A program made the translations under genes and the position numbers. The notes beneath the pieces were generated by a model. The model was given only the letters and a program-made list of their open reading frames with translations. It was not told where the DNA came from and made no database searches. This document shows positions 1 through 10,154 of a stretch of DNA of 35,596 bases, one piece after another. Source of the stretch: Octopus bimaculoides (taxonomy: Eukaryota); contig NC_069000.1 in the NCBI RefSeq assembly GCF_001194135.2, positions 15,178,234 to 15,213,829 of the forward strand, written 5' to 3'. Each line of letters starts with the position of its first letter. Within the stretch, counting starts at the first letter, position 1.

Positions 1-45
1 GTATATATGTATGTACACATGCATATATACAAACATGCATATGTT

Positions 46-90
<45 letters not shown>

Positions 91-178
91 TTGATAGAAA
101 GGACAACAAAAGAAAAAAAGAGACCTCGATATTATGTAAATAGAGGAATTTATCTGTAAAAATATGACACTTATTCGG

Positions 179-252
179 TAGCCATGATAAAACTCCGAGT
201 TTCGGATGCTGGGGTGGGAGCCCACACCAACATCTCTTCAGTTATCCGGCCA
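179..252 (-). ncRNA. Type I hammerhead ribozyme motif (Penelope/retrozyme-like), complete core
   Basis: Minus strand reads UGGCCGGAUAA-CUGAAGA-GAUGUUGGUGUGGGCUCCCACCCCAGCAUCC-GAAA-CUCGGAG-UU-UUAUCAUGGCUA. CUGANGA is at 241-235 and GAAA at 203-200. Stem II is about 13 bp (one mismatch, one bulged C). Stem III is ACU/AGU. The triplet is GUU. Stem I is about 11 bp with one bulged A. Predicted cleavage falls between 191 and 190. Confidence 0.85.
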
Positions 253-308
253 TTGAAAATTCCTGTGAAAAATGACCGTTACATAATACATATATTATAT
301 GTATGTAC

Positions 309-342
<34 letters not shown>

Positions 343-683
343 CTATGTGTGTGCATATATATATGTATGTATGTATGGCAAATGAAAGACGGAGGAAGGA
401 GTATACCAGAATTTATTGTTAATCACGACAATTGTTTCGCCACATCTAGCATCGATCCCTCATGGGTGGGACACTCAACAACTGATTCAGGAGCATCCTG
501 AGATGCAGGTGTATCTCGTCGGGTGATATATAAATACAACTTGTTAAAATAACAGTTCCGCAATGTAACGAAGGAAATATCTTCGTTTATATAGGAGGTT
601 GAGGAAGCCTCAGATTATTGCTCACACTCCGCTTTGTCACACAGTGTCACGCTGATTTGGTGAGAGAATTGCATTAATGAGTA

Positions 684-1252
684 CAGTAAACCCTTGCCAT
701 ATCGTGGTTCACCCATCACGCACTGAGTACATCGCGGTTCACCTATCGCGCACTCAGTACATCGCAGTTCACCTATCGCGCATTCTGGCTAATATATGTA
801 AATTTATATCGCGGCCACTTCAGTATATCGCAGGTTTCTGCGGTCGATAAGTATTTACAGTTTTTAGGTTTTAATCATTTCTGTGGTAAAATAAGCATTT
901 TTACGCCTAGAAATTGATAAATTAATAGATAAAAATAGAGTACAGTACTGCACTGTATAACACATTAATTAAAATATATTAAAAGAAAATACGTAGTGTA
1001 CCGTAGATAAGTAAACAAAGAATGGCAAATACAGTATGAAAACGAAACTCGAGAGGCGAGTGTGCGGTGTTGTTTTGCATTTATAATCAAATAAATATAT
1101 ACAAATTATAAAAATGATTTTAAAATATATACAGTGCAGTACTGTTTCTACTTCGCGGATTTTCAACTATCGCGGATTTTCAACTATCGCGGATTTTCAA
1201 CTATCGCGGGAGGTTCTGAAATGTAACACCTGCAATAGTCGAGGGATTACTG
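684..1252. mobile_element. Non-autonomous Tc1/mariner-superfamily (pogo/Tigger-like) MITE, 569 bp
   Basis: TA at 682-683 and 1253-1254. Ends read CAGTAAACCCTTG and, as reverse complement, CAGTAATCCCTCG (11/13). It has 30-bp tandem repeats at 701-782, 17-bp tandem repeats at 1153-1209 and no ORF. Confidence 0.8.
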
Positions 1253-1483
1253 TACACGTAAATGACTGGGAATTACCCAACAGCTTACGCGTTAATTTCA
1301 CCAACAGGAATCGAAATGGTCGAACAACAGAATGCTAATCGTCGAGACTGAAACAGATTCGACAACGTCTGTCATATAATCAAGATTTTCTTTTTCGCTT
1401 TGTTTACATATATATTTTGTTTACACTCACACACACACGCACACACACAAATATCTAAGTGTATTTGTATACATGTACGACTA

Positions 1484-1542
<59 letters not shown>

Positions 1543-1630
1543 TTATCTGTCTGTCTGTCTGTCTACATACATACATACATGCATACATACGTATGTATGT
1601 AGTTATATATATATATATATATATATATAT
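1484..1630. repeat. Compound microsatellite (TATC)n/(TGTC)n/(TACA)n/(TA)n
   Basis: Read directly from the sequence. Confidence 0.95.
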
Positions 1631-1835
1631 GCATCGCTTTATCTACTTCGAATTAACGCGGTTTACTACAGAATTAAAAAATTCTGATATAGCGATACAT
1701 TTATATACGTATTAAATCTTGTATCTCTATGCCAACACACACACTCACACACACAAATACAATACACATACATACATACATACATATATATATATTGGCG
1801 ATTTCTATTGTTTCTTTGGACTTTTCCAGTTCTCC

Positions 1836-1868
1836 TTTCTGATGATGAGCTATGCTCGAAACGTCAAA
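1836..1868 (+). ncRNA. Minimal type I hammerhead ribozyme motif
   Basis: UUU-CUGAUGA-U-GAGC-UAU-GCUC-GAAAC-GUC-AAA. The core is at 1839-1845 with one extra U at 1846. Stem II is 4 bp, stem III is a loopless ACGU palindrome, the triplet is GUC and stem I is 3 bp. It lies in a unit of about 165 bp (1797-1965) flanked by (TA)n and (CA)n. Confidence 0.75.
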
Positions 1869-2335
1869 CTCTCTTCTTTCACCGAGCGCCAAGCTAATAC
1901 ACTTCTTGTGTACGTCTTCTCGTTGTCCGTTGATTTTATTCGTTTATTTGAATTGTTTGTTTATGTGATACACACACACACACACACACCCATATATATA
2001 TAAAGAGAGAGGAAGAGATAGGGAGAAGACATAGAAACCGAAAGATAGGGTGACAAATCAAGCACTAGACGAGGAGACTGATTTCACAGTGCAATGGCTA
2101 TGCTTCGTTAAACCTATTACATTGTTTAAATGTTTGTGTATGTAGCATCTATTATGTATGATATCTTATTTAGAGGCGTGAATTATTACGCTTGTGCTAA
2201 TGAGGCAATTCAACTATATATGTGTTTACGCGAATAAAAGCGCTGGAGTATCGCACTAGACATGAGGAACCACGCTTCGTTAAATTTGTTTTTGTAGAAG
2301 AGTATATTGTTGTGTGCATGTGTGTGTATGTGTGC

Positions 2336-2337
<2 letters not shown>

Positions 2338-2389
<52 letters not shown>
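2338..2389. repeat. (TG)n microsatellite running into an assembly gap
   Basis: Read directly from the sequence. Confidence 0.95.
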
Positions 2390-3313
2390 NNNNNNNNNNN
2401 NNNNNNNNNNNNNNNNNNNNNNNNNNNNNNNNNNNNNNNNNNNNNNNNNNNNNNNNNNNNNNNNNNNNNNNNNNNNNNNNNNNNNNNNNNNNNNNNNNNN
2501 NNNNNNNNNNNNNNNNNNNNNNNNNNNNNNNNNNNNNNNNNNNNNNNNNNNNNNNNNNNNNNNNNNNNNNNNNNNNNNNNNNNNNNNNNNNNNNNNNNNN
2601 NNNNNNNNNNNNNNNNNNNNNNNNNNNNNNNNNNNNNNNNNNNNNNNNNNNNNNNNNNNNNNNNNNNNNNNNNNNNNNNNNNNNNNNNNNNNNNNNNNNN
2701 NNNNNNNNNNNNNNNNNNNNNNNNNNNNNNNNNNNNNNNNNNNNNNNNNNNNNNNNNNNNNNNNNNNNNNNNNNNNNNNNNNNNNNNNNNNNNNNNNNNN
2801 NNNNNNNNNNNNNNNNNNNNNNNNNNNNNNNNNNNNNNNNNNNNNNNNNNNNNNNNNNNNNNNNNNNNNNNNNNNNNNNNNNNNNNNNNNNNNNNNNNNN
2901 NNNNNNNNNNNNNNNNNNNNNNNNNNNNNNNNNNNNNNNNNNNNNNNNNNNNNNNNNNNNNNNNNNNNNNNNNNNNNNNNNNNNNNNNNNNNNNNNNNNN
3001 NNNNNNNNNNNNNNNNNNNNNNNNNNNNNNNNNNNNNNNNNNNNNNNNNNNNNNNNNNNNNNNNNNNNNNNNNNNNNNNNNNNNNNNNNNNNNNNNNNNN
3101 NNNNNNNNNNNNNNNNNNNNNNNNNNNNNNNNNNNNNNNNNNNNNNNNNNNNNNNNNNNNNNNNNNNNNNNNNNNNNAGATAATATATAGATATATGCAT
3201 ATATCCATACGTATATGCACATACCTACATCTATATGTATACATACATGCATATATGGGTACAGGATGGATAGATAGATAAAATCAAAATAAGTAACAGG
3301 ACTTCAAGTAGTA

Positions 3314-3401
3314 ATGCAGTACGACTGTTTCAAGCGGTTCCATTTAATTGAACAATGCAATCATTACATCAGTTTAAATACAGCGCTATCTTCAGCTGCA
3401 T
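3314..3401 (-). ncRNA. Type I hammerhead ribozyme motif with long stem II (10.1-11.1 pair is U-U)
   Basis: Minus strand reads AUGCAG-CUGAAGA-U-AGCG...CGCU-U-GAAAC-AGUC-GUA-CUGCAU. Stem I is a perfect 6 bp, the core is at 3395-3389, GAAA at 3331-3328 and the triplet is GUA. Predicted cleavage falls between 3320 and 3319. Stem II extends through AUUUAA/UUAAAU and AUGUAA/UUGCAU. Confidence 0.7.
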
Positions 3402-3536
3402 AAATATGGATTTTGAACAGACAAGATATATTAATATGATTTTTCTTAAATATTTTAACAGAGCAAGAGTATGGAAGACTTTGATGTTGTCACTAATGTA
3501 GCAAGGATAGCTAAGAGAAGAACAGACTGCAACAGG

Positions 3537-3639
3537 CTATAGTTGAAGACACTTGCCCAAGGTGCCACGCATCAGGAATGAACCCGGAACCGTGTGGTTG
3601 GTAAGCAAGCTACTTACCACACAGCCACTCCTGCGCCTA
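3537..3639 (-). mobile_element. tRNA-derived SINE family A, 5' head plus CORE-like block
   Basis: Reverse complement reads AGGCGCAGGAGTGGCTGTGTGGTAAG...GGTTCATTCC...GGCACCTTGGGCAAGTGTCTTC. This matches the copies at 13741, 33619 and 34175. Confidence 0.9.
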
Positions 3640-3642
3640 AGA

Positions 3643-3774
3643 CTATAGGCACAAAGCCTGAATTTTTTTGAAGAGAAGAGGGGACCAGACGATGACATTG
3701 ACCCCAATGCACAGCTGATGCTTATTTCATCGACCTCCAAAAGGATGAAAGGCAAAGTCGACCTCGGCAGAATT
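3643..3774 (-). mobile_element. SINE family B, 3' part
   Basis: Reverse complement contains GCCGAGGTCGACTTTGCCTTTCATCCTTTTGGAGGTCGATGAAATAAG, shared with the copies at 14413, 30566 and 32386. Confidence 0.85.
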
Positions 3775-4067
3775 CCTGCGGCAAAATAATAATAATATTA
3801 ACATCCAGCACAACCATCCACGACGAATACTACGACGATGACGACGGCGGCTAAGACGCCGACCACCACCACAGCAACCATCAACGCCCCCACGACTACC
3901 TCCATGAGCACCATCACAACAACCACGAGCAGCAGCACCAGCAACAACAACAACAACAACAACAACAGCGTCTGAGGGGATCAAACTGAACTTCGATGAT
4001 GTGTCAGAAAGAGTTGGCTTTTTCTTTTAAATTTCGTCTGATTTAGATTTTGGATTCATTGGTTTCC

Positions 4068-4108
<41 letters not shown>

Positions 4109-4412
4109 TACGCATACGCTTATACATACGTACATACGTTCATACACACACAAACACGCATATGTATTTATATGCATGTATGTGTAGGTATATGCATGCA
4201 CATACATATACACATTCACACACCAAATGCAGTTTAATCTCTCCTCGAGTTGTTTTATTGACGTAAGGATCAAGGCCTCTATTTCCCAATCAAGACAAGC
4301 CCCTTTCCGCTTGTGTACACCTCCTTCAAAGTCATGATCGAAATTCCTGTTATATTTGTTTAAGTTTATTCGTTTATTCCCAAGTTCATTTCTATAATCT
4401 CACATGGTGTCT

Positions 4413-4417
<5 letters not shown>

Positions 4418-4479
<62 letters not shown>

Positions 4480-4495
4480 CATTATTATTATTATA
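4418..4495. repeat. (ATT)n microsatellite
   Basis: Read directly from the sequence. Confidence 0.95.
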
Positions 4496-4913
4496 AGCTT
4501 GGTTGTTATTTTAGCTTATTAGTTTATTAGTTGTTTTTTTTTTTTACGAAGCCGTCTCAAGACGTCTTTTGATGCTGACCTCAAGTTGTTTTGAAACTTA
4601 ATCCAGCTATGATTATATCGGATGCTTAAGATCAAATGTCTTTTGATTCGACGATTAACTCGAACATCTTCCGGCATTTGTTGCATATATACAAGCATAC
4701 GTACATACATGCATGTATACATACATGCATGTATACATACATACATACGTACATACATACATACATACGTACATACATACGTATATACAAACACACATAC
4801 ATACATACACACACTTACATACAGTCATATATACACATACATATATATGTGTGTATTTAGCTCTCTATCTACCTCTCATACACACGCACACACGCACACA
4901 CACACACACACAC

Positions 4914-4944
<31 letters not shown>

Positions 4945-5924
4945 TGTATGTATGAATATTTAAATCTTGCAGCATGTGTATATGTATATATGCATCTATG
5001 TGTAAGTATGCGTATGAATGTATGTAGGTATGTGCATATGTACTTGTGCATATATACATTTTGTGTGTGTGTATGTNNNNNNNNNNNNNNNNNNNNNNNN
5101 NNNNNNNNNNNNNNNNNNNNNNNNNNNNNNNNNNNNNNNNNNNNNNNNNNNNNNNNNNNNNNNNNNNNNNNNNNNNNNNNNNNNNNNNNNNNNNNNNNNN
5201 NNNNNNNNNNNNNNNNNNNNNNNNNNNNNNNNNNNNNNNNNNNNNNNNNNNNNNNNNNNNNNNNNNNNNNNNNNNNNNNNNNNNNNNNNNNNNNNNNNNN
5301 NNNNNNNNNNNNNNNNNNNNNNNNNNNNNNNNNNNNNNNNNNNNNNNNNNNNNNNNNNNNNNNNNNNNNNNNNNNNNNNNNNNNNNNNNNNNNNNNNNNN
5401 NNNNNNNNNNNNNNNNNNNNNNNNNNNNNNNNNNNNNNNNNNNNNNNNNNNNNNNNNNNNNNNNNNNNNNNNNNNNNNNNNNNNNNNNNNNNNNNNNNNN
5501 NNNNNNNNNNNNNNNNNNNNNNNNNNNNNNNNNNNNNNNNNNNNNNNNNNNNNNNNNNNNNNNNNNNNNNNNNNNNNNNNNNNNNNNNNNNNNNNNNNNN
5601 NNNNNNNNNNNNNNNNNNNNNNNNNNNNNNNNNNNNNNNNNNNNNNNNNNNNNNNNNNNNNNNNNNNNNNNNNNNNNNNNNNNNNNNNNNNNNNNNNNNN
5701 NNNNNNNNNNNNNNNNNNNNNNNNNNNNNNNNNNNNNNNNNNNNNNNNNNNNNNNNNNNNNNTATATATACATATACGTATACATACATATATATACAGA
5801 AAGAGAAGGAGAAAAGAATTTCTATTGTTATGGTCTGTCATCTGTGTTGGCGGCACATATTTGTAATTTTTTACTCATTCTGTGTGATCAAGTATTTTAA
5901 AGGCGTCGCTGATAATACCTTACA

Positions 5925-5963
<39 letters not shown>

Positions 5964-6171
5964 TGGGTGGGTGTGTGTATGTGTGTTTGTATTTATGTAT
6001 GTATGTAGGTACACATACGTATATGTATATACATTCATACATATATATTTGTATGTGTGCATGTGTGTGTGTATGTATGTGTGTGGTGCGTGTGCTAGTT
6101 TACAGATTTTTAAGTGTATAGATTTTTACATATGTAATATACAAGCATATATACATATATACATACAAGCA

Positions 6172-6573
6172 TAGACGTAGCTGTGTGATAACAAGCTTGC
6201 TTCCTAACGACATAGTTTCGGGTTCAGTCCCACTGTGTGGCACCTAGAGCAAGTGACTTCTGCCATAGCCTCGGGCCGACCAAAGCCTTGTGAGTGGATT
6301 TGGTAGATGGAAATTGAAAGAAGCCTGTCGTATATAAATATATATGCATATCTGTGTGTGTTTGTGTCTGTATTTGCCCCCCCCCCTTGATAACCGATGT
6401 TGGTATGTTTACGTACCCGAAATTTAACGGTTCGGCAAAGAAAGACCGATTGGATAAGTACTAGGCTTAGAACGAATAAGTCCTGGGGTCGATTTCTTCA
6501 ACCAAAAGGCGATGCTCCGGCATGGCCGCGGTCAAATGATTGGAACAAATATAAGAATAAAAGAATGAAAGAA
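6172..6573 (+). mobile_element. SINE family A, near full length (head, CORE-like block, internal microsatellite, 3' tail)
   Basis: B box GGTTCAGTCC, then GCACCTAGAGCAAGTG, AAAGCCTTGTGAGTGGATTTGGTAG and an internal (TA)(TG) run. The 3' part reads GGGGTCGATTT...CATGGCCGCGGTCAAATGA and ends in an A-rich tail. Confidence 0.9.
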
Positions 6574-6590
6574 TATAGATAGATATAGTT

Positions 6591-6712
6591 GGTGTGGATT
6601 TGTGGTAAGAAGCTTGCTTCCCAACCACATAGTTCTGGATTCAGTCCCAGTGCGTGGCACCTTGGGCAGGTGTCTTCTACTATAACCTCGGGCCGACTAA
6701 AAGCCTTGTGTC
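6591..6712 (+). mobile_element. SINE family A, 5' half
   Basis: TGTGGTAAGAAGCTTGCTTCCCAACCAC...GGCACCTTGGGCAGGTGTCTTCTACTATAACCTCGGGCCGAC. Confidence 0.9.
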
Positions 6713-6822
6713 ACCAAGGTATCTTTAAGAGGCAAATCTACTTTTCTTATTACACGTTGGTTAAACGTTATATGTGATTATGTACATACATATACACATA
6801 CACACACATACACACACACACA

Positions 6823-6859
<37 letters not shown>

Positions 6860-6913
6860 CATATGCAAATATATGTGTATATAAACATATATATATGTAT
6901 GTATGTGTGTGTG

Positions 6914-6958
<45 letters not shown>

Positions 6959-7382
6959 GTATGTATATATGCTTTATATATGCACATATGTGTATACATA
7001 TATATATGATATATAATCAAGTGGTGCTATTAAGTTAGACATGGTCTGGACCGATCTTTGGTCGAAACATACCTAAGGCATCTAAGTTATATATATATAT
7101 ATATATATATGTATATACATACATATATATATGTATGTATGTGTGTGTGTATATATATATGTATATATATATATATANNNNNNNNNNNNNNNNNNNNNNN
7201 NNNNNNNNNNNNNNNNNNNNNNNNNNNNNNNNNNNNNNNNNNNNNNNNNNNNNNNNNNNNNNNNNNNNNNNNNATGTATGTATATATTCATACATTTTCT
7301 ACACACACACACACACATATATGTACATAAACACATACATACATTCTTTATCCTTGGATTCCTGGGTCGTACTTAGCTGATG

Positions 7383-7411
<29 letters not shown>

Positions 7412-7415
<4 letters not shown>

Positions 7416-7710
7416 TGTAACGACCTCTTCGTTCACGAATGACCATGTGGTTGCATCTAGAAATTTATCCTCTGAGGTACAAATCCTCTGAGGTTGCTTA
7501 TGTAAGGCCAGCAGTCACCCATACATACCAGTCTCCCTCCTCCTCTTCACCTCACTGATGTTATCTAAAGAGGCCGATACAACCTGGCAGCAATGAGTGA
7601 ACTGGAGCCACGGCAAATGAAGTGTCTTGCTCAAGAACACAGCACACAGGCCAGTTCAGATATCGAACTCACAACCTCACGATTGTAACCACTGAACCAT
7701 GCACCCTCAC
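7412..7710 (-). mobile_element. tRNA-derived SINE family C, long-tailed variant, decayed
   Basis: Reverse complement head GTGAGGGTGCATGGTTCAGTGGTTAC...GTTCGATATC is followed by TGTGTTCTTGAGCAAGACACTTCATTT, shared with the copy at 21246-21508. Confidence 0.8.
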
Positions 7711-8158
7711 ACACACACACACATGTATATATATATGTGTGTGTAGAGAGAGAGAGAGAAAGAGAAAGAGAGAGAGAAAGAGAAATAGAGAGAGAGCGGA
7801 TGGAGGGAGGGCAGGAGAGAGAGAATGTATGTGTGAGTGATCGAAAGAGACAGGTAAAATGAAAGAGAGAAGAGTAAGGTGACATTAGTTCTGAATGTCT
7901 TTCCTTCAAATAGAACTTCGGTGCGCCACCGTGGATCACACCCATAATTGTTTTGTTATTTATTCATACTATTAACGCAAGAAAAACGTTCTCTTAAGCA
8001 ACAAAATGCAATAAATCTGCTTTGTTCAAATTTTACTGTCTAAATGTGAACTATATGTTTTTGTGTGAGTGAACGTTGTGTACGCCTCAACGTTGTTTGG
8101 TATGCGTGTGATTGTTAGTGTATAGAGAAGAAGTCTTTCACTATATGCATATGAATAT

Positions 8159-8209
<51 letters not shown>

Positions 8210-8633
8210 TATATGTATATGTGTATATGTATATATATANNNNNNNNNNNNNNNNNNNNNNNNNNNNNNNNNNNNNNNNNNNNNNNNNNNNNNNNNNNNN
8301 NNNNNNNNNNNNNNNNNNNNNNNNNNNNNNNNNNNNNNNNNNNNNNNNNNNNNNNNNNNNNNNNNNNNNNNNNNNGATATGTTTGTATGTATGTATGTAA
8401 ATATGTATGTATATTTATTTACACTAATTGAACAGACAGGTGAGGAATTTTTCTCACCATTTCAAACCACCCACTCACGTAAAAAAGAGACATAAATATT
8501 CCAACTCGCGTAAGTTCACACACATTCGATTATACGCACTTAAATGTGTGCATGTATGTATATATGTATGTATGTATGTATGTATGTGTATATGTATGTA
8601 TGTATGTGCATGGCATGCACTGCTCTCTCACTC

Positions 8634-8634
<1 letters not shown>

Positions 8635-8683
<49 letters not shown>

Positions 8684-8700
8684 TAATGATAATAATAATA
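8635..8700. repeat. (AAT)n microsatellite
   Basis: Read directly from the sequence. Confidence 0.95.
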
Positions 8701-9435
8701 AGAGCGAAGTTCATTTGCTCCACATAGATATATTATCCCTTTTTGTACCTCGACGCTATTGACACGACGCTCTCTCACCCAAATTCGGACCAGAGAGTTT
8801 AGCAACACACCATCATAAGCACACAGGTGTGGTCAATAGTACGTATTTACTACTCAGTGTTTAAAACTAATGAAATCGGTGACCGAGTTGTTAATCTCAA
8901 TTGCTTGTCGGTGAATTATCCAATTGGTGAATTTGGTAATCGGTAAATTTATTCTGGTGAATGTTGTATCATAAATCGACAAACATCAAGTTGTTTTCGC
9001 TTTTTAAAAGAATGATTAATTAAGAGGTTCCTGCAGAGTTGGGATGGTAGAAATAAGCATATAGAATCTTCGAAGTGAAAGATAAATAAATAAAATAAAA
9101 TATAGTCTCGAAGGAATCGGTACGAAGGAATTGAGCCAGCAGGCTTTCCTGATCCCAGGACGTGCCTGCTTTACTCAGTCAGCCAATCATTCGTTTTTAT
9201 GAGTACCAGAGTATTCAATGTATTTTTTTTTGTCTGTTTGGGTGAGTAAGACAATGAGGGCTCGCAAGCGATCGATGTGACACAACAAGAGCCCTGAGGT
9301 CATGATGAGATGTAACTTCTGTTGACTCGTTTCAACCCACCATCATCTAGGCGGAAATGACTTAATGCGTAAAGAGGATGTAGTTTAAATAGTAATAAAA
9401 AAAAAGTAGAATAGTGTAGTTCTGTATAAGATAGA

Positions 9436-9485
<50 letters not shown>

Positions 9486-9624
9486 TATATATACATATAT
9501 ACATATACATGAGGCAACAAAAGACCCTCTATGTTGTAGCAGTAATTGCGAGAACACCCTGTTAAGTATCTCTCAAGTAATAACCTGCTGTCTTAAAACG
9601 GTGAAAACACCCTGCAACAACGAA

Positions 9625-9632
9625 ACACATAC

Positions 9633-9670
<38 letters not shown>

Positions 9671-9681
9671 ATACACTCACT

Positions 9682-9770
<89 letters not shown>

Positions 9771-9785
9771 TCACTCACACACACA
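9625..9785. repeat. Long (CA)n microsatellite
   Basis: Read directly from the sequence. Confidence 0.95.
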
Positions 9786-10154
9786 AACGCACGTGACTAG
9801 TCGCAGTAACACGAAACATCGTGGCCAAAAATACGAGTATTCACATCCTGTATGGTAATTCTCTTGACCAAAACGTAAGCAACGATACAATTTGATCTGA
9901 AAGGAGATAAAATTAAATTACGGTACTAATCTAATGTTAATATATGGTAAATCTATAATTTCACACTTTATTCCTATTTACTGTCACAGCTTTGTATTTA
10001 CATGCACGGAATCATAAATTTTCCCCACTCAAAGTCAGAACAGACCTGAGAAAAATAGTGGCTAGTCAGTGGTTTCATACTCCTCAAAACCCCGAAACTC
10101 CCGTGCCAGGGCCTCAATTTATACATGCATACATGGTTTGACCACCTCTTGTGC

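Noticed and set aside
701-782. 30-bp repeats considered as a CRISPR-like array
   Set aside because: The units are head-to-tail with no spacers and lie inside a MITE in eukaryotic DNA.
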